Shown here one piece after another: positions 19,054 through 28,228 of a DNA stretch of 64,000 bases. The stretch spans positions 352,001 through 416,000 of the forward strand of contig JBMNFL010000001.1 in assembly GCA_050949315.1 (NCBI GenBank). Direction: 5' to 3'. The DNA comes from Bacilli bacterium. GTDB lineage: Bacteria > Bacillota_I > Bacilli_A > RFN20 > UBA1709. The notes under the pieces were generated by a model that saw nothing but the letters and a program-made list of their open reading frames with translations, searched no databases and was not told where the DNA came from. Numbering within the stretch: position 1 is the first letter of the stretch; every line of letters starts with the position of its first letter. The position numbers and the translations under genes were made by a program.

Positions 19054-20358
19054 TTACTCCTCCTTTATCTGACCATAACAGTGGGGATAACCACTTTCTA
19101 CTATTATAACCTCTTTTATTTCATTTAGGTATTTCTGATTAGCTTTTACCGCCACTCTTAGATAATTTGGACTATAGCCGAGCATCTTTTGCTTACTAGA
19201 ATCTAGACTCTCAAATAAAACGTCTAAACTTTGACCTACAAAGTTCAACGCATAATTTTTGGCGAGTTCTATAGACAAACTCCGTAAGATTTGCACACGT
19301 TTCTTCTTTATATCAGGTTCTATCTGCCCTTCCATCTGGGCGGCTTTAGTCCCTAAACGCTTAGAATAGGGAAAGACATGAAGGAAAGAAAAATTGAGCT
19401 TTTTAATAAAGTTATAAGTTTCATTAAACTCCGCTTCACTTTCCATAGGAAAACCCACAATCACATCAGTACTGATAGAAATAAGGGGTAACTTCTCTCG
19501 GATTCTTTTAATCTTTTGTGCAAACTCCTCACAGTTATATCTGCGGTTCATTCTCTTTAAAACACTATTAGAGCCTGACTGTAAAGGGATATGTAAGTGC
19601 GGGACAATTCGCTTATCTATCGTCAATAAATCAATAAACTCATCGCTTATCTCACTTTCTTCAATCGAAGAAATCCGTATACGCATGTCCTTAGGTAAAA
19701 CTTGTAAGAGTTCTTTTAAAAGATCAGTAAAATTATAGTCTTTTAAATCCGAGCCATAAGCGGCCGTATGGATTCCTGTGAGTACCAGTTCCTTAAAACC
19801 ATTAACCACCAATCTTTGGGCCTCTTCTATAATATCCTCTTTTGGACGCGAGCGCATTGGCCCACGCGCATAGGGAATAATACAGAAACTACAAAAGTTA
19901 TTACAACCATCTTGAATCTTTAAAAAGGCCCGCGTGTTATCATTATAACTCGTAACTTTTAAAGGCTCGTAAGAGGTGATTTTTAAGCTATCATCAATAC
20001 GAATTAACACTTCACCCTTTTGTTCATATTCTTGAACTAGGGAAGCAATGTCTTTACGATACTGGGTGCCAATGACAATTTTAACACCCCTAAGTTTACT
20101 AACAACTTCGCTGGCTAACTGTGAATAACAACCTGCCACCACTAAGATAGCCTTAGGATGTTTACGATGCTCACGGTTGATCATCTGGCGACTCTTGGCA
20201 TCACTAACCCCTGTAACAGTGCAGGTATTAATTAAAATTAAATCTGGCTCTTCTGTTGTAGCTTGCCTATAACCAATCTCTTCAAGTTGCTCAGCCATCG
20301 CCATGGATTCATACGTATTAACCTTACAACCCAGGGTAATAATTCGATAATACTTCAT
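19054..20358 (-). CDS. mtaB: tRNA t6A37 methylthiotransferase
   Basis: [18 protein letters not shown] and CNNFCSFC radical SAM motif; start reassigned to ATG 20358 overlapping the rsmE stop. Confidence 0.93.
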   Translation of the reverse strand: MKYYRIITLGCKVNTYESMAMAEQLEEIGYRQATTEEPDLILINTCTVTGVSDAKSRQMINREHRKHPKAILVVAGCYSQLASEVVSKLRGVKIVIGTQYRKDIASLVQEYEQKGEVLIRIDDSLKITSYEPLKVTSYNDNTRAFLKIQDGCNNFCSFCIIPYARGPMRSRPKEDIIEEAQRLVVNGFKELVLTGIHTAAYGSDLKDYNFTDLLKELLQVLPKDMRIRISSIEESEISDEFIDLLTIDKRIVPHLHIPLQSGSNSVLKRMNRRYNCEEFAQKIKRIREKLPLISISTDVIVGFPMESEAEFNETYNFIKKLNFSFLHVFPYSKRLGTKAAQMEGQIEPDIKKKRVQILRSLSIELAKNYALNFVGQSLDVLFESLDSSKQKMLGYSPNYLRVAVKANQKYLNEIKEVIIVESGYPHCYGQIKEE

Positions 20359-21083
20359 TAGCGGCCACACTCCATAAAACTCATGATAAGTGTAAGGGCC
20401 GCAATGGCGGCTGTTTCCGCTCTTAAGATTCTTGGTCCAAGGCTTACCCCTTTGGCACCTAAAGAATAAAAACAATCGAATTCTTCCATACAAAATCCAC
20501 CTTCTGGTCCAATGATAATCGTTACTTCTTCACTGGGATTTTGTTTAAGAACGCTAACTAAAGATGGCTCTTTTTTACGCCCAAGTCTTTCATCGGCTAG
20601 GATTACAAGACCTTTTAAATAGGGCTTTAAATCCGCCATTTTACAAGGCTCAAAAATTAAAGGAATGCTTAAGCGCTCCGCTTGCTCACTGGCTTCTTTT
20701 AAAATCTTTTGCCAACGTAAAAGTTTTTTAGGAATGCTTTTATCATCTAATTTAACAACCGAATGTTTGGCAAAATAAGGAATGATTTTACTGACACCAA
20801 GCTCAGTGGCTTTCTGCAAAATCAACTCAAAACTATCCCCCTTAGTTAAGGCTTGAACAAGGTTGATTTTTAAATCACGGACTAAACTTTCTTGTTCCGA
20901 AACTAGACTAGCATAAAGACTATCCTTTGTTAGAACTAAGCGACAAAGAAACTTTTTACCCTCAAAAAGACAAGCGACTTCATCGCCATGATGAAAACGC
21001 ATAACATGACGAATGTGATGTTCATCATCTTTATGAAAATAGAATTTATCCTCTACGCGTTTTTCCACAAAATAATGCTGCAT
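20358..21083 (-). CDS. rsmE: 16S rRNA m3U1498 methyltransferase
   Basis: HHIRHVMR, QKATELGV, IGPEGG and LGPRILRAETA motifs. Confidence 0.96.
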   Translation of the reverse strand: MQHYFVEKRVEDKFYFHKDDEHHIRHVMRFHHGDEVACLFEGKKFLCRLVLTKDSLYASLVSEQESLVRDLKINLVQALTKGDSFELILQKATELGVSKIIPYFAKHSVVKLDDKSIPKKLLRWQKILKEASEQAERLSIPLIFEPCKMADLKPYLKGLVILADERLGRKKEPSLVSVLKQNPSEEVTIIIGPEGGFCMEEFDCFYSLGAKGVSLGPRILRAETAAIAALTLIMSFMECGR

Positions 21084-21084
21084 T

Positions 21085-21414
21085 TTAATAACCCTTCTGT
21101 CCTTTGTTGCGTTTTTTTAAAGCGATTTGAACTTCTAAAATCTCTTTCTTAACTTGGTATTCTTCAGCGTTTATCTTCCCTTCCTGATGACTTTGTTCTA
21201 AATCAGCAAGGGCTTGATTTAAGCTATCTAAACTCTTTTGAAATTCCCGTTTCCGTCTTTTAACGATGTTGGTTACAAAACTTACAAAGACTAAAAAAAC
21301 AAGAACCAAGATTACTAATGGCAAAATATCCTGGCCAAAAATGATATAAGCAAGTATGAGTCCGGCGACTAGTAAAATGACAATTGTCACAAGCGTCCCA
21401 AGCTGTTTTTTCAT
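21085..21414 (-). CDS. Small two-TM protein with coiled coil and SHOCT-like C-terminus
   Basis: Two hydrophobic helices, then GKINAEEYQVKKEIL; ATG 21414 after GGAAGG. Confidence 0.6.
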   Translation of the reverse strand: MKKQLGTLVTIVILLVAGLILAYIIFGQDILPLVILVLVFLVFVSFVTNIVKRRKREFQKSLDSLNQALADLEQSHQEGKINAEEYQVKKEILEVQIALKKRNKGQKGY

Positions 21415-21511
21415 AATCTTGACCTTCCTTTCTAATAATATAGCAATTTTTACCAAGTATCAGCAATAATATTAAATTTTTTCAGCCAATCTCTTTAACT
21501 TTCATGATGTC

Positions 21512-21628
21512 TATTGAACAAAAATGCAGAAAACCGCAAAAATGTTCAGTGAACCTCTTGAAAAATAAGTATCTTATGTTATAATCGTATTGAACAAAAA
21601 CGCAGAAAACTGCAAAAATGTTCAGTGA
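21512..21628 (+). repeat. Two 41-bp direct repeats, each dyad-symmetric, flanking a promoter
   Basis: tattgaacaaaaaYgcagaaaacYgcaaaaatgttcagtga at 21512-21552 and 21588-21628 (39/41 identical); TTGAAA-16-(TG)TATAAT lies between them at 21558-21585. Confidence 0.9.
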
Positions 21629-21638
21629 GGTTATAAAG

Positions 21639-22883
21639 ATGCGCATACAAAGAGATAGATATTTAAAAGAACTAATAAGTTCAAAAGGAAACAAACTAAT
21701 TAAAATTATCACCGGCATTAGAAGATGTGGCAAATCCTATTTACTTGACCCAATTTTTAAAGAGCATTTATTGAGTACCGGCATCCAGGATGATCACATA
21801 ATTAAAATAAATCTAGATGAAAGAAGGAATCGTAAATATCGAAATCCCGACCTTCTCGATACAGAAGTTAGAAAGAGAATTGTCGATGATGATATATATT
21901 ACTTGCTACTAGATGAAATTCAACTTGTTGATGATTTTGAGTCAGTGCTGAATGGTTTTTTACGTATTAATAATTTAGATATATATGTTACGGGAAGTAA
22001 TTCAAAGTTTTTATCTTCGGATATAATTACGGAATTTCGGGGAAGAGGCGAACAAATTCGTATCTATCCTTTGTCTTTTAAAGAATATTTTTCGGCCGTT
22101 GAGATGGACAAAAGAGATGCCTTTGAATCTTATCTTGTGTATGGTGGAATGCCCTTAATTCTTTCAATGAAATCAGATATTAAAAAGGCGAATTACCTAA
22201 AACAGTTGTTTGACTTGACATATACCAAAGACATTATTGATAGAAATAACATCAAGAAAAGCGACGTTTTAGAAAGATTGATAGATATTTTGGCCTCCTC
22301 TGTAGGTTCACTAACAAATCCTAACAAACTGCTTAATACCTTCCGAAGCAGTGGCTATAAGGACCTATCTAGGAACACTGTTGACCTATACTTATCATAT
22401 TTAACAGATTCTTTTTTGATCGAGAAGGTCGATAGATACAATATAAAGGGCAAAAAATACATTCAAACTCCTTCTAAATACTATTTTGCAGATGTTGGGT
22501 TAAGAAATGCTAGATTAAATTTTCGACAAATAGAAGAAAATCATATCTTGGAAAATATCGTTTACCTTGAATTAGTAAGACGCGGATATAATGTTGATGT
22601 TGGTGTCGTTGAAATATACGATAAAAACACAAGAATGCAACTAGAAATTGATTTCGTATGCAATCAAGGGGATAAACGTTATTACATTCAAACAACACTA
22701 AATCTAAGTGCAAGAGAAAAAACGCTTAAAGAAGAGCGTCCTTTGTTGAATATAACAGATAATTTTAAAAAAATAATAATAGTAAAAGGAACAAAAATAC
22801 CTCGGTATACTGAGGAGGGAATCTTAGTAATGGGGATTATTGACTTTTTATTAAATGACAATAGTTTAGAGGTTTTGTTTTAA
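21639..22883 (+). CDS. AAA_14 ATPase with C-terminal DUF4143 (nuclease-like) domain
   Basis: GIRRCGKS Walker A, LLLDEIQ Walker B, TGSNS, YGGMP, KYYFADVGLRN and EIDF...YIQ; start ATG 21639 after GAGG. Confidence 0.9.
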   Translation: MRIQRDRYLKELISSKGNKLIKIITGIRRCGKSYLLDPIFKEHLLSTGIQDDHIIKINLDERRNRKYRNPDLLDTEVRKRIVDDDIYYLLLDEIQLVDDFESVLNGFLRINNLDIYVTGSNSKFLSSDIITEFRGRGEQIRIYPLSFKEYFSAVEMDKRDAFESYLVYGGMPLILSMKSDIKKANYLKQLFDLTYTKDIIDRNNIKKSDVLERLIDILASSVGSLTNPNKLLNTFRSSGYKDLSRNTVDLYLSYLTDSFLIEKVDRYNIKGKKYIQTPSKYYFADVGLRNARLNFRQIEENHILENIVYLELVRRGYNVDVGVVEIYDKNTRMQLEIDFVCNQGDKRYYIQTTLNLSAREKTLKEERPLLNITDNFKKIIIVKGTKIPRYTEEGILVMGIIDFLLNDNSLEVLF

Positions 22884-23059
22884 AGAAAATCGGTCTCATT
22901 TAAAAGCCCTAATCAAGTTATAGTCGAATATTTCTCAAAGTGTAACATATGTCTTGACAATTAAGAGATTTTTAGCCAAGCTTTTTAACTTTTCTTGTTG
23001 AAATTAACTCTTATTAGTGTTATCATAATAACGCTATTTTATTTAGGGAGGTAGAGGGC

Positions 23060-23710
23060 ATGAAGAAGTTCTTTGCTGCTATCGGTCAATTCTTAAAGAC
23101 CAACTATTGGTTACAACCACTACTGTTAGTAGTTATTGTTTTTGTCTTGGTTTTCAGTTTACAAGGTTTTGACTCGGTGATTGAGTCTATTAAAAACTGG
23201 ATCTCACCTCATAGTAAATGCAGCGAATGTACATCTCTTAAATATGATAAGGCTAAGGCCCGTGTTCAAGCCCTTGAAAAAGATAAAGCCATCTATATCT
23301 TCATCTACGAAGATAAGTGCGATGCCTGTAAAACCATCTATAAAAAATTCAATACCTTCATTAAGGCCAACAAAATTGACGTCCTTGCCATCAATGTCGG
23401 TATCAAAGAAACTGACAAACTGACGGAAAAGGTTACTTATTATGATACTACGCTAGGGGCTGACCCTGATGAAAATGGTCACGATGAATTAGCTGAGCTA
23501 ACTGAAGAAGTCCGCCTCTATCTTGTTAACTATACTTCTCAAATTGTTGGTAAGAGTGCCTATTCTTATACCCTAACCAAACCAAGTCTTATTCGTTATG
23601 TTAATAAAAGCAGTGAAGATGGCGTGCGAGTTGAAGGCGTAATTACGGAAACAAGCTCCTTCAATGCTGATGGTCTAAGAACCTTTACCAATCCGGAAAC
23701 CTATGAATAA
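23060..23710 (+). CDS. Membrane-anchored thioredoxin-fold protein
   Basis: N-terminal TM; CSEC and IFIY...CDAC motifs; TKPSL cis-Pro-like motif; RBS GGGAGG. Confidence 0.6.
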   Translation: MKKFFAAIGQFLKTNYWLQPLLLVVIVFVLVFSLQGFDSVIESIKNWISPHSKCSECTSLKYDKAKARVQALEKDKAIYIFIYEDKCDACKTIYKKFNTFIKANKIDVLAINVGIKETDKLTEKVTYYDTTLGADPDENGHDELAELTEEVRLYLVNYTSQIVGKSAYSYTLTKPSLIRYVNKSSEDGVRVEGVITETSSFNADGLRTFTNPETYE

Positions 23711-23736
23711 AGAAAGCAGCGTGAAAGCTGCTTTTT
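23711..23736. terminator. Bidirectional terminator
   Basis: AAAGCAGC-GTGAAA-GCTGCTTT between convergent genes. Confidence 0.75.
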
Positions 23737-24244
23737 ACTTTAATAAATAATCTTCTCCTTTTAAGAAATCTTCGGTAGCTAGATCTTCGTAATCTAATTG
23801 TCTTAAGGCTTCATAAGCCACAACCGCTACACAGTTAGCAAGATTTAAACTGCGCGCGTTAGCCTTCATTGGTAGGCGCAGACAAGTAGCAAGATTGGCT
23901 TGTAAGATTTCTTTAGGAATCCCTGTGCTTTCACGACCAAACATAAAATAAAGGTCTCCCACATCCTTACGAAAATCCACCATTGATGGGGCTTTAAAAC
24001 CGTATCTTGTTATATAGTATATTTTTTTAGCTTTTACCTTTTTAACAAAAGTTTCATAATCGGAATACAGCTCATAGTCAGCCCCTTGAATATAATCTAA
24101 ACCCGCCCTTTTTAAACTCGCATCATTCATCTTAAAACTTAAGGGTCCAATGATATGAAGATAAGCCCCTATTGCTCGACAAGTCCGTAAAATGTTGCCC
24201 GTGTTTTGTGGCTTTTCCGGTCGATATAAAATAATGTTGATCAT
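23735..24244 (-). CDS. trmL: tRNA (cytidine/uridine-34-2'-O)-methyltransferase
   Basis: PQNTGNI.RTC, LKRAGLDY, FGRES.G and RSLNLAN motifs. Confidence 0.93.
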   Translation of the reverse strand: MINIILYRPEKPQNTGNILRTCRAIGAYLHIIGPLSFKMNDASLKRAGLDYIQGADYELYSDYETFVKKVKAKKIYYITRYGFKAPSMVDFRKDVGDLYFMFGRESTGIPKEILQANLATCLRLPMKANARSLNLANCVAVVAYEALRQLDYEDLATEDFLKGEDYLLK

Positions 24245-24840
24245 TTGTATAAGCCCTCTTTCTTGGCGAGAGTCTCAGGTATTTTGCTGAGCAAGTCTTG
24301 AAGGGCTAAAGCGCGGTGAGAAATGGCATTTTTTTCCTTAGCTGTTAGCTCAGCACTACTCTTCTTATAGTTTTTCGGAATAAAGATAGGATCATAGCCA
24401 AAACCATTCTTACCCCGGGCTTCAAAGGCAATACTACCTTCCATCTTGCCCTCTCCTTGATAGATCTCTCCTTCTTTAGTAATCAAAACGACCGCACAAC
24501 TAAAATAAGCATTTCTATTTTTTATGGAAACAAGTTTATCTAAAATCAGTTGATTTTTAACTTCATAACTCTCATTGTTAGCAAAGCGCGCCGAATAAAG
24601 GCCAGGAAAACCACCCAAAGCTTCAATAACTAAACCCGAGTCATCGGCAATAACGCTTTCCTTTACTAGTTTTTGAGCCGCTTGGGCCTTAAAAAAAGCA
24701 TTTTCTAAAAAAGTACTGCCTGTTTCAATATCTTTAAGCTTATCTAAAATGTTTTTATTGAGTAAAACTAGTTGGCAGTTAGGCAATAAGTCCTGAAATT
24801 CACGTAATTTATTGGGATTGGACGATGCTAAATAAATCAT
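24241..24840 (-). CDS. rdgB: Non-canonical purine NTP pyrophosphatase (Ham1)
   Basis: ASSNPNK, ADDSGL, PGLYSAR, GFGYDPIF and KNAISHR motifs. Confidence 0.95.
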   Translation of the reverse strand: MIYLASSNPNKLREFQDLLPNCQLVLLNKNILDKLKDIETGSTFLENAFFKAQAAQKLVKESVIADDSGLVIEALGGFPGLYSARFANNESYEVKNQLILDKLVSIKNRNAYFSCAVVLITKEGEIYQGEGKMEGSIAFEARGKNGFGYDPIFIPKNYKKSSAELTAKEKNAISHRALALQDLLSKIPETLAKKEGLYK

Positions 24841-24986
24841 AATGCCCCTCTTTCTAATCATTAATAGTATATACCATTTTCTTTTTTTTGTTGTTAATTA
24901 TCGGCAAAAGGTATAAAATGGTTGTGTATGGATTTCATCCATTCCGTATAGATATACGTTAAAGATTTTCTAATAGGAGGAAATAT

Positions 24987-26558
24987 ATGATTTTAGCTGG
25001 ATTTACAGATTTCTGGCTTCCTCTTATCGTAGGTATAATTGTCGGTGTTACAATTGGAATGCTCTTGATGCGTCTTTTTCCTGTGGCTGGAATTAAAAAA
25101 GCCCAGAAAGAAGCGGCCAAGGTTACCGATGATGCTAAACTACAAGCTGACCAAACTCTAAAAAACGCACAGATTGATGCCAAAACCATTATTCGCGAAC
25201 TCAAAATGGAAGCGGATAAGGAAATTAGAGAAAAGAAAGCTGAGGTCAAACAACTTGAAGATAAGCTATTGCAACGCGAACAAAATATTGATCGTCGTGA
25301 TTTTGCTTTGCAGAGCAAAGAAGATAGCTTAGACCAAAAGAATGAACAACTGGCAAAAAAGATTACTGACCTCGATAAAAAGGAAGTTGAGCTTAGAGAA
25401 AAACTCAATTCTATCATTGCCGAACTTGAAAAGATCAGCATGATGACCATGGCTGATGCCAAAGATGAATTATTTAAACGGGTCGAAGAAAAATCGAGCC
25501 AAGAAATTGCGGCTTATATGCGTAATCGTGAAGAAGAGGCTAAAGAAAAAGCCAACGATGATGCCCGCAATGTCCTAGCAATGTCCATCCAAAAATTCTC
25601 ACAAGAAGTGGCCTGTGAACACACCGTCTCGGTTGTTCCCTTGCCAAGTGATGACTTAAAAGGACGAATCATTGGTCGTGAAGGTCGTAATATTCGCGCC
25701 ATTGAACAATTGACAGGGGTAGACCTAATCATTGATGATACGCCTGAAGTTATTACCGTTTCCTGTTTTGATCCTATCCGCCGGGAAACCGCAAGACTAG
25801 CCCTGGAATATCTAATTAAAGATGGCCGTATTCAACCAGGAAGAATAGAAGAATTAGTTGAAAAAGCCAAGAATGAATTGGCCGAAACGATTCACAAAGC
25901 TGGCGAAGAGGCGATTTTCCAATTGGGTATTAGTCGCATTAACAAAGACTTAATTGACTACATCGGTAAATTAAAATACCGGACAAGTTATGGTCAAAAC
26001 GCCCTTAAGCACTCCATTGAAGTAGCCCATTTAGCCGGAATTATGGCGGCTGAAATTGGGGCTGACCAACACATAGCAAGAAGAGCGGGTTTACTGCACG
26101 ATATCGGTAAATCTGTTGACTATGAAATTGAAGGAAGCCATGTGGAAATTGGCGTACGCTTAGCCAAAAAATATGGTGAACATCCGATAGTTGTCAATGC
26201 CATTGAGGCTCACCACGGCGACACCGATGCCACCAGTGTTATTGCTAACCTTGTGATTGCCGCTGACACTTTAAGTGCTGCGCGTCCTGGAGCCCGCAGT
26301 GAAACTTTAGAAAACTACATTCAAAGAATTGAAAAATTAGAAGTTTTATCAAAAGGTTTTGATGGGGTTCAATCCGCCTATGCTATTCAAGCTGGTCGAG
26401 AAATTCGCGTGATGGTCTTGCCAGAAAAAATTGATGATGTCGCCGCTTATAAACTAGCCCGGGATATTCGCGAAAAGATTGAAACTGAACTAACTTATCC
26501 TGGTCAAATAAAGGTCACAGTCATCCGCGAACTCAGAGCTAACGAGATCGCAAAGTAA
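24987..26558 (+). CDS. rny: Ribonuclease Y
   Basis: N-terminal TM, coiled coil, KH ([13 protein letters not shown]) and HD (LLHDIGK) domains. Confidence 0.98.
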   Translation: MILAGFTDFWLPLIVGIIVGVTIGMLLMRLFPVAGIKKAQKEAAKVTDDAKLQADQTLKNAQIDAKTIIRELKMEADKEIREKKAEVKQLEDKLLQREQNIDRRDFALQSKEDSLDQKNEQLAKKITDLDKKEVELREKLNSIIAELEKISMMTMADAKDELFKRVEEKSSQEIAAYMRNREEEAKEKANDDARNVLAMSIQKFSQEVACEHTVSVVPLPSDDLKGRIIGREGRNIRAIEQLTGVDLIIDDTPEVITVSCFDPIRRETARLALEYLIKDGRIQPGRIEELVEKAKNELAETIHKAGEEAIFQLGISRINKDLIDYIGKLKYRTSYGQNALKHSIEVAHLAGIMAAEIGADQHIARRAGLLHDIGKSVDYEIEGSHVEIGVRLAKKYGEHPIVVNAIEAHHGDTDATSVIANLVIAADTLSAARPGARSETLENYIQRIEKLEVLSKGFDGVQSAYAIQAGREIRVMVLPEKIDDVAAYKLARDIREKIETELTYPGQIKVTVIRELRANEIAK

Positions 26559-26564
26559 AATATT

Positions 26565-26590
26565 AAGGCTTACATTGTAAGCCTTTTTAT
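26565..26590 (+). terminator. Terminator after rny
   Basis: AAGGCTTAC-ATT-GTAAGCCTT plus T-run. Confidence 0.75.
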
Positions 26591-26636
26591 ATGGACTGAT
26601 ACAATAATTTATGTTATATTTGGAATTGGTGATGTT

Positions 26637-27425
26637 ATGAAAATTTTATTTGTTGGCGATATTTATGCGCAATGTGGTCGGCAAACACTGGCGAGGTTTT
26701 TACCCTATTTGAAAAGACAACATGATATTGATGTCGTAATTGCCAATGGGGAAAATGCCAGCCATGGCAAAGGCTTATCAGCCGCCCACTATCAGGAAAT
26801 TATAGAGATGGGTGTTGATATCATAACCATGGGTAATCATTTCTTTTCTAAGAAAAACCCCAATGCTTTTTATTTATCAGCCGAACGTTTGGTACGACCA
26901 GCTAATATTCATCACAGTGCGGCCGGTGTTGGTAGCCGACACTTTGATATCAATGGCCACAAATTAAGAGTGACCAATCTTTTAGGGCGTGTCTATATCA
27001 ATGAGTTGACACCGAGCAACCCCTTTGAAGCCTTAGATAAAATTTTAGAAAGCAATGAGGATACTGTGCATATTGTTGATTTCCATGCTGAGGCCACGGC
27101 TGAGAAGATGGCCCTAGCTCATGCCTTTGATGGTAAAGTAAGTGCCGTCCTTGGAACACATACACATGTCCAAACCGCTGATGAGCGCATCTTACCTAAG
27201 GGTTCAGCCTACATTACCGATGTCGGTATGACTGGGCCTTATCATTCTGTTATCGGTGCCAATATCGAACAGGTCATTCATAAGACACGAACTGGTTTAG
27301 CCCTTTACTTTGATGTCGCTAAAGGTCCTGGCTTTTTAAGTGCGGTCGTTCTCGATATCAATGAAAACAATGGTAAAGCTAGAAAAATTGAAAGAATTTA
27401 TCTCACCCCTGACCACAATTGGTAG
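26637..27425 (+). CDS. ymdB: YmdB-family metallophosphoesterase
   Basis: GD, NGEN, TMGNH, DFHAEATAEK, GTHTHV and TDVGMTGP motifs; follows rny. Confidence 0.95.
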   Translation: MKILFVGDIYAQCGRQTLARFLPYLKRQHDIDVVIANGENASHGKGLSAAHYQEIIEMGVDIITMGNHFFSKKNPNAFYLSAERLVRPANIHHSAAGVGSRHFDINGHKLRVTNLLGRVYINELTPSNPFEALDKILESNEDTVHIVDFHAEATAEKMALAHAFDGKVSAVLGTHTHVQTADERILPKGSAYITDVGMTGPYHSVIGANIEQVIHKTRTGLALYFDVAKGPGFLSAVVLDINENNGKARKIERIYLTPDHNW

Positions 27426-27436
27426 AATATATTATT

Positions 27437-27465
27437 AAAAAGACACTAGTTGTCTTTTTATTTTT
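27437..27465 (+). terminator. Terminator after ymdB
   Basis: AAAAAGACA-CTAGT-TGTCTTTTT. Confidence 0.6.
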
Positions 27466-27502
27466 AATTATTTATAATGTTTAAAACAGAAGGAGAAAAT
27501 GT

Positions 27503-28228
27503 ATGATTAAACTTGAGCATGTTTCCAAAGAATTCACTAAAGGTATCCGAGTAGTGGATGATGTAAATCTTGAAGTTCTACCAGGCGAAATTTTTGGTTT
27601 TATTGGGCCCAATGGGGCGGGAAAAACCACAACCATTAAGATGATTACTGGTATTACCGATTTCGATGAAGGTCGAATTACCGTCGCTGGTAAAGATATT
27701 CAAGAAGAAGCTCTTGAAGCCAAAAGGCAATTCTGCTACGTGGCGGATAGTCCGGATATTTTCTTACGTCTAAAAGGTATTGAGTACCTAAATTTCATGG
27801 GAACGATCTATGCGGTTCCCGTTGAAAAAAGAAAAGAAAAAATCAAGGAATTAACTGAAAAATTTGAAATTGCTGATGCCTTAAACAATAAAATACAGAG
27901 CTATTCACATGGTATGCGTCAAAAATTAATTATTACCGGTGCTTTATTAGCTGAACCTAAGATTTGGATTTTGGATGAACCGATGACCGGTCTTGATCCT
28001 AAATCCTCCTTCCTTTTAAAAGAGATGATGCGTGAACATGCTGCGAAAGGCTTTTCGGTTTTCTTCTCAACCCACGTTTTAGAAGTGGCTGAAAAACTCT
28101 GTGACCGCATTGGTATTATCGATAAGGGTAAATTGCTCTTCGTGGGCACGATAGCCGAACTTAAAGAAAAATATGCCAGTTCTGGTTCTTTAGAATCAGT
28201 CTTCTTGGAGATAACTAAAAATGCGTAA
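27503..28228 (+). CDS. ABC transporter ATP-binding protein
   Basis: GPNGAGKTT, SHGMRQK and WILDEP motifs. Confidence 0.95.
   Translation: MIKLEHVSKEFTKGIRVVDDVNLEVLPGEIFGFIGPNGAGKTTTIKMITGITDFDEGRITVAGKDIQEEALEAKRQFCYVADSPDIFLRLKGIEYLNFMGTIYAVPVEKRKEKIKELTEKFEIADALNNKIQSYSHGMRQKLIITGALLAEPKIWILDEPMTGLDPKSSFLLKEMMREHAAKGFSVFFSTHVLEVAEKLCDRIGIIDKGKLLFVGTIAELKEKYASSGSLESVFLEITKNA

Noticed and set aside
20359-20493. N-terminal extension of MtaB
   Set aside because: It overlaps rsmE; the TAATG coupling gives the real start at 20358.
21512-21628. 41-bp repeat pair with a 35-bp gap as a mini-CRISPR
   Set aside because: Only two copies, the gap is exactly a -35/-10 promoter, and no cas genes are in the window; an operator reading fits better.
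24959-25462. 167-aa Ser-rich minus-strand ORF
   Set aside because: Antisense to the rny coiled coil.
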